From an uncultured Patescibacteria group bacterium (lineage in GTDB: Bacteria > Patescibacteriota > Minisyncoccia > Phycocordibacterales > UBA918), in NCBI GenBank assembly GCA_934699595.1, contig CAKUWT010000003.1:10130-74129 (forward strand): a stretch of 64,000 nucleotides of DNA, in the 5' to 3' direction. A program made the translations under genes and the position numbers. Of the stretch, positions 21,134-31,800 are shown piece after piece. The stretch's first letter is position 1. Each line of letters opens with the position of its first letter. The notes beneath the pieces are model-generated. The model saw only the letters and a program-made list of their open reading frames with translations, was not told the origin of the DNA and did not search any database.

Positions 21134-22417
21134 TTATTTCTGAGCTGAAATAATCTTGTTTTTTAGAATTAAATTATTCTTAACACAATTCAGAACTGAT
21201 CTTTTCTCCAAAACTGTCCCGTCTCTCAAAACAAATTTGAGATAATTTCTCAGATCTACCTTCTGTATTTCTGCAGTGTTTTCTTTGCCCAGAAACATTG
21301 CTTGAAGTCTCTTGAATTTCTTGATCTCAAGATTTAACTTTTCGGTAAGTTGCATTTCATTAAGATCAAGTGTGCTTGCCATTTTCTGAAACTCTTTGAG
21401 GAGATCGTTTTCATTTATTGCTGGGTTTTTGCACTTTCTATCCTTTGATTTGGCGCAGCGATAATATACATGTCTGTTCACTCCTCCATTTAGCAACTTC
21501 TTAAACTTCTCATCAGCGGTAATTCCCGATCCGCAAACACCGCACTTCATCATTCGAGTAAAAGCAAATTCCTTGCCTTGTGACTTTATAACCTGTGACT
21601 TGATTGAGTTTCTCGTCTCATCGAATAATTCCTTAGTAATCAGTGGCGTATGTTTGCCCTCATACCAAATACCAGCACCTTGCGGAAACTCAAATTTTCC
21701 ATAATAAAACGTATTGTTAATGATCTTGAATACATTCCCGATACTTAAGTGATAACCACGCAAGGTACGGAAGTTTAAATCGTATTTTAGCCATGCGTGT
21801 ACCTTTGAAGCACTCCATTTATCATAGGCAATTTTCTCAAAGATTTGCCGTATAACATCTGCCCGTTCTGGATCAATTTCTACCTCGCATTTGGCTAGTC
21901 GCCCATCAACTTTTCTATAGCCTGTCGGTGGTTGGGCTGGCCACAATCCCATCTCGCACCTTGTTCTCATGCCACGCTTCACATTGATACTTTTGTTATC
22001 GTTCTCTAGCTTTGCTTGAGAACAGAGAATCATAAGGAGAAACTTATCGCTTGGTGAATTAGTGAAGTTCTGCCCGAACGTTTTAATGGTAATGAGCTTC
22101 TTTTGATCCATGCGGTCAACGAGCTTACCCAAATCTCCAGCATTTCGTGATAATCGATCAGGTGCCCACGTGATAATGGCGTTAAAAATACCATTATCAA
22201 TGTCTCGTACAATCTCTTCAAATACTGGTCTTTGACCTGATTCTTTAGCGGAGTGTGACTCTCTCCTAATTTCAACGATAGTAAGCTTTTCTCGCTCGGC
22301 TATTTGTGTCATTTCTTTGATCTGTGAATCAATCGAAAGAGCTTGTTTTTCGTCACCTTCGGTCGACTTACGAGCGTATAAACAATAACGATATTCGCTT
22401 GGTAATACTTCTGTCAT
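21134..22417 (-). CDS. large serine recombinase (resolvase domain + recombinase domain + zinc ribbon)
   Basis: N-terminal YARKSTEGDEKQALSIDSQ (catalytic Ser region), DRLSRN motif, C-terminal CGVCG..YYRC zinc ribbon; 427 aa. Confidence 0.85.
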   Translation of the reverse strand: MTEVLPSEYRYCLYARKSTEGDEKQALSIDSQIKEMTQIAEREKLTIVEIRRESHSAKESGQRPVFEEIVRDIDNGIFNAIITWAPDRLSRNAGDLGKLVDRMDQKKLITIKTFGQNFTNSPSDKFLLMILCSQAKLENDNKSINVKRGMRTRCEMGLWPAQPPTGYRKVDGRLAKCEVEIDPERADVIRQIFEKIAYDKWSASKVHAWLKYDLNFRTLRGYHLSIGNVFKIINNTFYYGKFEFPQGAGIWYEGKHTPLITKELFDETRNSIKSQVIKSQGKEFAFTRMMKCGVCGSGITADEKFKKLLNGGVNRHVYYRCAKSKDRKCKNPAINENDLLKEFQKMASTLDLNEMQLTEKLNLEIKKFKRLQAMFLGKENTAEIQKVDLRNYLKFVLRDGTVLEKRSVLNCVKNNLILKNKIISAQK

Positions 22418-22439
22418 GTATTAATTGATGACAGAACCA

Positions 22440-22467
22440 CAAACCCTGCATAGCTATGCAGGGTTTG
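22440..22467. other. 11-bp-stem hairpin caaaccctgca tagcta tgcagggtttg between the recombinase start and the HAD gene end
   Basis: Perfect inverted repeat seen in sequence. Could be a terminator or a recombination site. Confidence 0.3.
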
Positions 22468-22485
22468 AAAAACGTCACATACTCG

Positions 22486-23127
22486 CTATAAATCTAGCAG
22501 AGTCATGAGTTCCGAGATGTTTTTTATTCTGTAATCAGCGTCCGCGGTAACTTCTGGAAAATGCCTATTTTGAAAATGAACGGTTTTTAAACCTGCAGCT
22601 TGAGCCGCAGCCACCCCTCTTGGAGAGTCCTCTACAGCTATTATTTGTTCTGATGGAATGTTTGATTCTTGTATAGCTTTCAGGTAACAATCAGGAGATG
22701 GTTTGGGGTCGGTGTACTTTTCTCTAGTGATAATCCAATCAAGTGACTCAAGTAAACCGCTTTTTTCGTACACAGCTGTAAAAACATCCTGGCTTGCATT
22801 TGTAACAATTCCTATCTTGAATTTCTTACTCAACTCAACAAGTTCACTAACGGTACTTGGCGCAACAGATAGTCCAGTCTTTACTTTTTGAATAAATCTT
22901 CGGTTGCGCTCATTTTTAAAGCCCGCGATGTCTTCAATATGGTTTTGTTTCAAAAAACCAGCTGACCCAAGATTGCTAAGAAACGAGTATCTAATGTAAT
23001 CATCACGTGTGTGTTCAATGCCGTACTGCCGGATAAGCTCGGAGTTGATTTCAAAATAGATATTGTCAGTGTCTGCAACCACTCCATCGCTATCAAACAA
23101 AATACACTTAATATCCATTCTTTTCAT
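22486..23127 (-). CDS. HAD-family hydrolase (beta-phosphoglucomutase-like)
   Basis: ILFDSDGVVADT motif I, GIVTNAS motif, ATG at 23125-23127 (MKRMDIKC...). The track start is a GTG further upstream. Confidence 0.7.
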   Translation of the reverse strand: MKRMDIKCILFDSDGVVADTDNIYFEINSELIRQYGIEHTRDDYIRYSFLSNLGSAGFLKQNHIEDIAGFKNERNRRFIQKVKTGLSVAPSTVSELVELSKKFKIGIVTNASQDVFTAVYEKSGLLESLDWIITREKYTDPKPSPDCYLKAIQESNIPSEQIIAVEDSPRGVAAAQAAGLKTVHFQNRHFPEVTADADYRIKNISELMTLLDL

Positions 23128-23186
23128 GATACACAAAAGTCCTAGATTGACCAGAACATAATATAAGTTATTATTCAACACATATT

Positions 23187-23801
23187 ATGAAAAAAACTGT
23201 CGTACTAATAGAAGGTGGAACAACATTTGAGACTTACGATGGCTACATATCATTTTTGCACTCAATGCCCATTAGTGTTGAATATCTTGAAAAACAAACA
23301 TGGAGAGATTCTCTCCAGTCTGATCTTGGCGAGACTTTTAAAGTAGTGAGATTGCAGATGCCAAACAAGATCAATGCCAAATATGAAGAATGGAAAATTT
23401 ACTTTCACAGATATATAGAAATATTGGGAGACGATCTTATTTTGCTTGGACATTCTCTTGGCGCTACTTTTCTAGTGAAGTTTTTGGCTGAGGAAACCAT
23501 TAAAAACACCATCTCCCGAGTGATACTGGTGGCAGTTCCTTTCGGTGAGAAAAGGACGGGACCGAGTTTAGGTGATTTTACTTTTGAATGCTCAACAAAT
23601 TTTGAAGCAGTTAACTCTGATCTCAAGATCACACTGTTTGCAAGTGACAACGATAAAATGATCACTAAGGATGATGTAGAAAAGTACCAGAAAGTAATAA
23701 AAAATCTAGAAGTCAAAACACTACCTGACCGCGGTCATTTCAGTCAAGGCGAATTTCCTGAACTGATCTCATGTATCAAAAGAGAAGACGTTGAAATATA
23801 G
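23187..23801 (+). CDS. alpha/beta-hydrolase, serine hydrolase (RBBP9/YdeN-like)
   Basis: LLGHSLGA nucleophile elbow, C-terminal PDRGHFS; 204 aa. Confidence 0.6.
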   Translation: MKKTVVLIEGGTTFETYDGYISFLHSMPISVEYLEKQTWRDSLQSDLGETFKVVRLQMPNKINAKYEEWKIYFHRYIEILGDDLILLGHSLGATFLVKFLAEETIKNTISRVILVAVPFGEKRTGPSLGDFTFECSTNFEAVNSDLKITLFASDNDKMITKDDVEKYQKVIKNLEVKTLPDRGHFSQGEFPELISCIKREDVEI

Positions 23802-23889
23802 ACAAATCAGATAATAAGTTGTATTGTACTGAATGAAAAATCGTACCTCATGTGGGTACGATTTGGTCTTTGACATCAGGAAATCCTAA

Positions 23890-24924
<1,035 letters not shown>

Positions 24925-24935
24925 GGAGACGTAGA

Positions 24936-26027
24936 ATGTCCGAGTTTGTTCGCATCGCCACCATGGCGATGAAAGCAATGCTCGGAGATCATGCTGAACT
25001 CGAACTCGTTTTGCTTTCTTCGCCAGGCAGCTCTGGTGCGAGAGTGTCTATCTTTAGGCACTCTCGCACTGAAAAACTGTTTGCAGTGAAGTGCGCAAAT
25101 GAGTCGCGTGTTTCACTGAAGAATGAAATAGCAAGAAGAGATTACCTGAAGCCTTACTTTGAGGGACATTTACCTCAAGTGCTGATGTTTCAGGTGATAG
25201 ATGGGTACGAAGTGATGGTCTCTGAGTGTAGAGGTTTGAACACCCTGCATCAACTCATAGTTCAATCAGAATTGCCACATGAGTATATGTTGAATATCTG
25301 GGAAGATATCTCAGCAAAGCTATTAGGTATGTGGCAGAAGACACGTTCTGACTATCAACCCGAACTGAACCCTCGAAACTTTTCTGCTCGAATGCAGAGG
25401 ATCAAAGACGGTGTTCAGGAAATCGAGTTGTTAGGGACGTCACTTGAGCAGCTCTGGGAACTGCCTATAAAGGTAAATGGTAGAAAGTACTCCAGTCTGG
25501 CAGACACTTTCCATGAGGTCCAAAACATTGAGACTCCTGACTTTGGAGTTTTGTGTCACGGCGACCCTCAGCCAAGCAATTTTATTGTAGACCGGAATGG
25601 TCACTGGAATTGTATTGATTGGGAGTGGGCTGGAGGACCTCACGATTGGCGCATGATGATGGCGCATTTGCACGGCTGGTGGACAACAAGATGTCTTGCG
25701 CTTACCAAAGAACCTTCAGTTAAGGTGAGCGAAGAAGTGCTGGAATTAGAGTATGACGCTTTTGTTCCAGCACACCTGTTTAGGTATCAAAATACCTCGA
25801 TCGGCTTGCTCAAAAGTATGGCTCCAACGGTCAAAGAAAGGGTTCGTGCGATTAATGGTATCAATCGTTATCTCGCGGCCCTTTACTTGGGTGAAGTTCG
25901 ATTTTTGCCTCTCTGGGGCAGAAATGCATTTACTGTGCCCATGTTGGCTCAGGCAGTCATGGCTGTGTCAAACGAGAACGACGCCTATGGCGGTCCCTTC
26001 AAAATCTCTCTGAACGAGGAGGAATAA
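24936..26027 (+). CDS. APH/choline-kinase-fold phosphotransferase
   Basis: LCHGDPQPSNFIV (HGD..N catalytic loop), IDWEWAG (DxE), lysine in FAVKC. ATG 12 nt after the trpS stop, with GGAG RBS. Confidence 0.6.
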   Translation: MSEFVRIATMAMKAMLGDHAELELVLLSSPGSSGARVSIFRHSRTEKLFAVKCANESRVSLKNEIARRDYLKPYFEGHLPQVLMFQVIDGYEVMVSECRGLNTLHQLIVQSELPHEYMLNIWEDISAKLLGMWQKTRSDYQPELNPRNFSARMQRIKDGVQEIELLGTSLEQLWELPIKVNGRKYSSLADTFHEVQNIETPDFGVLCHGDPQPSNFIVDRNGHWNCIDWEWAGGPHDWRMMMAHLHGWWTTRCLALTKEPSVKVSEEVLELEYDAFVPAHLFRYQNTSIGLLKSMAPTVKERVRAINGINRYLAALYLGEVRFLPLWGRNAFTVPMLAQAVMAVSNENDAYGGPFKISLNEEE

Positions 26028-26029
26028 AC

Positions 26030-26836
26030 ATGTATCGAGAACTCATGAGTGATGAGTCGTACAGGTTTGTCTTGAGAGCGACACGCTCGCTCTCAAGACA
26101 CACTGTCGACCAAGGTAAAGACGGGGGCTATTGGGTGAATTATGGAAGCTTCGTAATCAATACCCAACAGCCCAGTAGTGACATTGACTTGCTCTATGTA
26201 CACCAAAACTCTGAGCCAGTCAGCAGAATGTCTGCTTCTTTCGAGGGACATCCTGTCACTATCTATCAACTCAGTGAAAACGATCTTCTAAATGACGGAG
26301 AAATAGCAAAGTTTGGTGGATATTTCAGCGGCAAGCTGTTAAATCCATTTGTGATCCTCTCAGAAGATCATCGACATAACGAAGTCGCACTAAGATCTGC
26401 AGGGTCATTCATTGGCCCTCACACTGTTCACCAAACAGCAGAAGTACATACACCTGCGAGGGTCGTTAAAGACACTGTCTTGGCGCGGTTAAAACTGTGT
26501 CCGTGGTACGACAGCTACTTTTTGCGCTATTACACACACCCAGGTTTTGCAATAATCTGGGAAGTAATGGTGAATGCTGTCTGTCTTTCACTTGAAACAT
26601 CAGGTCACATCCGGATTGATAAGAGTGGGTACAGGTATGTTCGTGTTTATTCTGAACAAGAATTGCACGAAAGAAGTGTGGCTGCCATTGCTCGATTTTG
26701 GAGTCTGGGAAGCTGCTTACACAGTAGTATGCCAGACTTTCCAGACTTCTACATGAAGAAGGCAAGGCAACATGTTGAAACCAATCAATTGAAGGGTCGT
26801 CTGGAGGAAATGATGAAATTCCTTCATTCCCCATAA
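26030..26836 (+). CDS. Pol-beta-superfamily nucleotidyltransferase-like protein
   Basis: YGSFVINTQQPSSDIDLLYV (GS..DxD NTase motif). Start is 3 nt after the previous stop, RBS GGAGG. Confidence 0.5.
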   Translation: MYRELMSDESYRFVLRATRSLSRHTVDQGKDGGYWVNYGSFVINTQQPSSDIDLLYVHQNSEPVSRMSASFEGHPVTIYQLSENDLLNDGEIAKFGGYFSGKLLNPFVILSEDHRHNEVALRSAGSFIGPHTVHQTAEVHTPARVVKDTVLARLKLCPWYDSYFLRYYTHPGFAIIWEVMVNAVCLSLETSGHIRIDKSGYRYVRVYSEQELHERSVAAIARFWSLGSCLHSSMPDFPDFYMKKARQHVETNQLKGRLEEMMKFLHSP

Positions 26837-26846
26837 GGAGGCTACA

Positions 26847-27890
26847 ATGCAACCAGACTATGCCCGTCAGTGGGCACTTGAGGCTGAGAGAATCTACGCA
26901 AGCAAAGTTGCGCAGTTCGCTCTTGAAACAGAGACGGCATTGAGGGAGACTGAGTTCACAAATACTTGGGACTCCCTCCTCGGTGTTGGTGTGTGGGCTG
27001 TACAGAATCACTTCCAGCTTTGCACAGCAATCAAAAACAAAAAAACCTTTGCTGTGTTAGTTGGTATGAGGCCTGGTGCCACGTTTCATCTTGGACATCT
27101 GACCATGATGAACGAGCTGCAATGGTATGTGCAAAAAGGCGGAGTGCCTTTGATTGTTTATGCTGGTTTCGAAGCTAGCAAAAAGCAAGAAGACTTGGAT
27201 CTTACGCACGAGTTCGAGGGCTTCAAGAAGCTGTATCGACGCTTTACAGGTGACGATCTGACTTCTGACACTATCGCTATCTCAGATCTGGAAGATCCTG
27301 CTCTCTTGAGACTGGAACGACAGATAGAGGAAGTTGTAACAGCCAGAAAGATACTCCAACTTTACGGCTGGGATGAGTCGACATCGGTTGCAAAGTTGCG
27401 TGTCCCTTGCAAGACAGCTGCAGCTTTTCTTCTGTCCTCCGTGCTGATGCCCGGAGTACCCAGTGTCATTTTATCGGACATCAATCAAGTGACTCACTTC
27501 GAAGTCGCAAAAATTGCAAGCCGATCTCTTGGGTTAAGACTTCCTACGGTTTCGTATCGCCACCTGCTGCAAAGTCTGGAAGGACCAGAAGGTAGAATGA
27601 GCGTTAAAAACCCAAAGTCTCTATTGTTGCTAGACGATACACCCGAGGTGGTCGGCAACAAGCTCAAAAGATGCTTCTCTGGTGGAAAGCTTACCGCCGA
27701 AGAACAGAGAGAAAGCGGTGGCAATCCTGATGTGTGTTCTTTCTTCAAAGTCGCAAACGTTACGCTTCCTAGAGAAGAATCGTTTGCAATACATAAATCT
27801 TGTAGAGACGGCTCTGTATTGTGTGGTGAGTGTAAGAAGCTGCACATTCCAGAAATTGCCGCAAGATTCCAAAACTTGGAGCCCGACTGA
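26847..27890 (+). CDS. divergent TrpRS-like class I aaRS paralog
   Basis: MRPGATFHLGHL (HIGH-like), EGRMSVKNPKSLLLLDDTPEVVGNKLKR aligns to the TrpRS KMSKS..LLD.PE..KKI region, but KMSKS is altered to RMSVK. RBS AAGGAGG. Confidence 0.6.
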   Translation: MQPDYARQWALEAERIYASKVAQFALETETALRETEFTNTWDSLLGVGVWAVQNHFQLCTAIKNKKTFAVLVGMRPGATFHLGHLTMMNELQWYVQKGGVPLIVYAGFEASKKQEDLDLTHEFEGFKKLYRRFTGDDLTSDTIAISDLEDPALLRLERQIEEVVTARKILQLYGWDESTSVAKLRVPCKTAAAFLLSSVLMPGVPSVILSDINQVTHFEVAKIASRSLGLRLPTVSYRHLLQSLEGPEGRMSVKNPKSLLLLDDTPEVVGNKLKRCFSGGKLTAEEQRESGGNPDVCSFFKVANVTLPREESFAIHKSCRDGSVLCGECKKLHIPEIAARFQNLEPD

Positions 27891-27910
27891 AATAGGTCGG
27901 GCTTTTTTTC
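27880..27910 (+). terminator. rho-independent terminator closing the trpS operon
   Basis: agcccgac tgaaatag gtcgggct followed by ttttttt. Confidence 0.6.
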
Positions 27911-27944
27911 TATGCATTTGTTATTTAAAATCTAGTGACCAGCA

Positions 27945-28010
27945 CACAAAGTCACGTGACCATGTCACAAATATTTTTGACAAAAAGTGTCACTTTTGTC
28001 ACTTTTTGGA
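27945..28010. promoter_or_regulatory. cluster of GTCAC/GTGAC palindromes (GTCACGTGAC; AAAAGTGTCACTTTT; GTCACTTTTT)
   Basis: Perfect palindromes seen in sequence; a further TCACTAAAAAGTGA at ~28394-28407 lies just upstream of the 28430 ORF. Confidence 0.3.
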
Positions 28011-28429
28011 TCTCTCGAGAAGGGTCGAAACAGAAATCAGTCGAGTAGTCAAAAAAGCCTTACAGGTCAATGAAATCATTTGGTTCCATCACGATTCGGC
28101 TCACCAAAATGAGGTCGCGAATTTTGGTGAGCCTAAGTGAGCAAAAACTGATGCTGACGACAGACAAACAGAATATACTGCCAAGCGGTGTGGAAGGTGA
28201 CATCTGGGCCGACATCCTCGGTGTGGCGGTCGTTAACAGCTTTACTCGGTCTATTCTGCTGATCAGAAACTACTAGAGAAGAATTTTTCACAGTCGGCAT
28301 TTTAACATCAAAAACAGTCTTTGTAAATATTTATCACAAGCTAAGTGACTCGCCACTGAAAAATCTCGGACAATACCGGTATGCAAATCACTAGAGTTTG
28401 TCACTAAAAAGTGATATTCTGAAATTAAG

Positions 28430-28738
28430 ATGTTAAAGAAATATATTAAATACTTTACCAATAACCCAGAGGGTTACTGGTTCAAGAAGAAACTTTTTGG
28501 CTGGGGCTGGGTGCCCGTCCGCTGGCAAGGCTGGTTAGTAATCTTAATTGCTATCGCCCTGGCAGTAGCAGGTATTTACATCGGAGAGACCGACGACGCG
28601 CCGGGTGCTGGTGGCTTAGGCCTACTGCTTGCGCTAGGAATTCTCTTTGCTTTTGGCTACTGGAAGGGAGAAAAGCCGAGATGGACCTGGGGTTTACCTA
28701 AAGACGATGGCGATAGCGACAAGGAGGGTATAAATTAG
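28430..28738 (+). CDS. small two-TM membrane protein, Trp/Gly-rich
   Basis: 102 aa with two hydrophobic helices and an acidic C-terminus; no family recognised. Confidence 0.45.
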   Translation: MLKKYIKYFTNNPEGYWFKKKLFGWGWVPVRWQGWLVILIAIALAVAGIYIGETDDAPGAGGLGLLLALGILFAFGYWKGEKPRWTWGLPKDDGDSDKEGIN

Positions 28739-28819
28739 GTAACCCCATACGATTATATTACTCTAAAAAATTACGTCACTACCCTTGGGTAAGTAAGAAA
28801 TAATTTATCTCCTAAGTTA

Positions 28820-28850
28820 CAAAAAACTGTCTAAGTAGACAGTTTTTTGT
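28820..28850. terminator. bidirectional terminator (aaaaaactgtct aagt agacagtttttt)
   Basis: Hairpin with A-run and T-run on either side, between convergent genes. Confidence 0.55.
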
Positions 28851-28873
28851 TTCCTATTTATTAGTCATTCTAA

Positions 28874-31800
28874 TCACCTTCCCCTCAACAATCCCAAGAA
28901 GGCCTGGAGCACAGTAATCAACTCTTGCACCAAGGTCTTATTCTCTTCAGTGACGGTAATCTGAGTGGTGGGAGTAGCTGGTGCCGTTACCGTCTTCTTA
29001 AAGAGATCGGGGAACTTGGCTTCAAGACGAGCTACTTCAGCGGCGTTGCCATTGCTGCGGAGGATATTAACCCGGGAGAGGACAGACATCGTACTAATCT
29101 TTTTCTTGGGGGCGGGTTCGGAGTTATCGGGGACAGCAGAGACTTCTGTCTCAGTATCTGGGTTATCTGGAGTCAGCGGGTTCACAGTGACGGTAACTGT
29201 TTGACTGGCGCCGCCTCCAAGACCAGCACATGTAAGGGTGTAGTTGGTGGTAGTAGCCGGAGTGACCGATTGGGTGCCACTGAGACTCTTGGCACCAGAC
29301 CAGCCGCCAGAAGCGGTACAACTGGTGGCGTCAGCAGTGCTCCAGGATAAGAGAGTACTTTCACCAAAAGACACCTGAGCAGAAGTGGCTGAAAGAGTTA
29401 TTACCGGAGTGTTAGCTGGATTTACCGTCACTGACACCGATTGAATAGTAGTACCACCTGGTCCAGTACAGGTAAGACTGTACATCTCGTTTGTACTAGG
29501 GCTAACAGACTGCGATCCATGCAAACTCTTGGCACCAGACCAGCCGCCAGAAGCGGTACAACTGGTGGCGTCAGCAGTGCTCCAGGATAAGGTGGCGACA
29601 CTACCGTTCGTGATAGTACCTGGGGTGGCGGTAAAGATAATGGCTGGCTCAGGATCGACCGGCACCTCATTCACCGTAACAGTCGCATTAGCGGTCGCAG
29701 TCTTAACCCCATCAGTACAAGTGATGGTGTAATTAGTAGTGGCAGTAGGTGAGACTACTTGGGTGCCACTCTTAGTGGTGTGGCTAGTCCAAGGGGCAGA
29801 ACAACTAGTGACGACGTTGTTAGTACTCCAGGTGAGGGTGGTAGTGTCGCCGTTAGTGATAGTGCTAGGAGTGGCGATAAGGGAGACGGTGGGGTCTGGG
29901 TCTGGAGTGCCGGGGTCTGGGTCTGAGACAGTGAGGGTAACACTTTTGGTATCGGTACCGTCAGTGCCGGTACAAGCCAGGGTGTATGTATAAGTGCCAG
30001 CGGTACTGGGGGTGATGATCTCGGTGCCTGTCGTGGCTTTGGTACCAGACCAGTTACCAGAAGCGGTACAACTGGTGGTGTTGGTGGAGTTCCAGGAGAG
30101 TGTGGTGCTGTCTCCGGTTTCGATGGTGGAGGGGGTGAGGGAGAAAGATACTAGTGGAGCAGCGGGTGCTGGATCAGTAACGGTAATAGTAATCTCTTTA
30201 AAGGTATCGCCTCCAGGACCATAACATTCTAAAGTATAAGCAGTAGTCTCAGTCGGAGTAACAGTCTCTGGACCACCAGACAAGTTACGTGCACCAGACC
30301 AACCGCCAGTAGCCAAACAACTGGTGGTATTGACACTACTCCAAGACAAAGTGGTACTTTGACCCTTTAGAATCGTGCCACTAGCAGCAGTAAAGGTAAT
30401 AGACGGGAAATCAAGTGGATCCAGAGGAGGATTCTCTTCATCCTCAGTTTCAGAGACATCATAGACCTGGAAACCGCCAATGTACCCATCAAATCCAACC
30501 TCACTACCAATCGGATCACCAAAAGCAGGGTCCCAGGACTCCGTTGGTTTTGTCCTTCCGGAAGCAGGCGCAGTAGCTAACAAAACGCCGTCTAAGCTAA
30601 GAGTTAGCTCCCCAGCCACCGAACTATAGGTCACCTTTATTGTGTGCCAGTTATTATCAAGGATATTATTACCTGGAGCCGACACGGAATAAGTGACACC
30701 TTCTTGATTAGTGAAAGAGTGAGAAAGGTTTGAGCCAATTCTAAAATAGGTACTGCTATGCATCCGGAAAGGATTACCTGCTGAGGCGCTGCCGTTGGCA
30801 GCCTTAACATCCATAACCATGGTGTAATTATCTAAATCATAGATTTGGGACACCGCCCCCCGATTAAGCTCCACAGTTGTTGAAGTTGCAGTTATTCTAA
30901 AAGCCCACTTACCATCAATAAACTCTGTTGGCGTTACTGGCAAATTACTAGCGTACGGAGACAGATCGGTAATACCACTCTCAGAAACCCTAATATCTAG
31001 ACGAGAAGATTCTGGCACATAAGCACGACCATACGCAGTGCTGGTAGCCCCTAAACTATCGGTTACTGTTAGGGTTACTTCATAAGTACCAGCCACAGGA
31101 TATTGTCGAGTTACATCTCTACCCAAGGCAGTAGTGCCATCCCCAAAATCCCATTCGTAGTTAGTGCCAGTATCAGGCACCAAACCAGCACTATTAGCTG
31201 TATACTGCCCTGTAAAATGATAAGTATCAGCAGCGCTACTATTTCGATCCACTCGCACAATAGCGGTTAGTTCATCAGGATGGTCGTTAAAGTGTGTTAA
31301 ATTAGCGCCGTACCCCCCGAGAGCAGCCTCTCCTCCCGGCAAGGCCTGTAGAGCCGGGATATCAGAGACAGGCGCGCCAGTCATAGCATTAATAAATAAA
31401 TCATGATAATAACCAGCTGAGAGATATTTTGAATTCTGTACTAGAAGATTGTGGTCTACTACCCAATTATCAGCATCGCCAGGTATGCTAGTAATTGACC
31501 GAGCAATATTATTCTCCACTAAAACATTCATAGACCTGGTAGCCACATAAATAGCTGGTCGGGAAATTTCTCCAGAGAGTGGCTTGTCAACTCCGACATT
31601 ACTTAGTAGAGTGTTGTCCCTAATTACTAATCCGTCTACCTCACCCATGGTAATACCGTGAGAATGACCATTAAAAATGAGGTTATTAATAACAGTAAAG
31701 TCTTTATAAAACATCTCATGCCCACCACCATAACTATCCACCACCTCGTTGCGCATAAAAATAGACTGAGTATGACCACCTGTACCTGAGTACAGAATAT

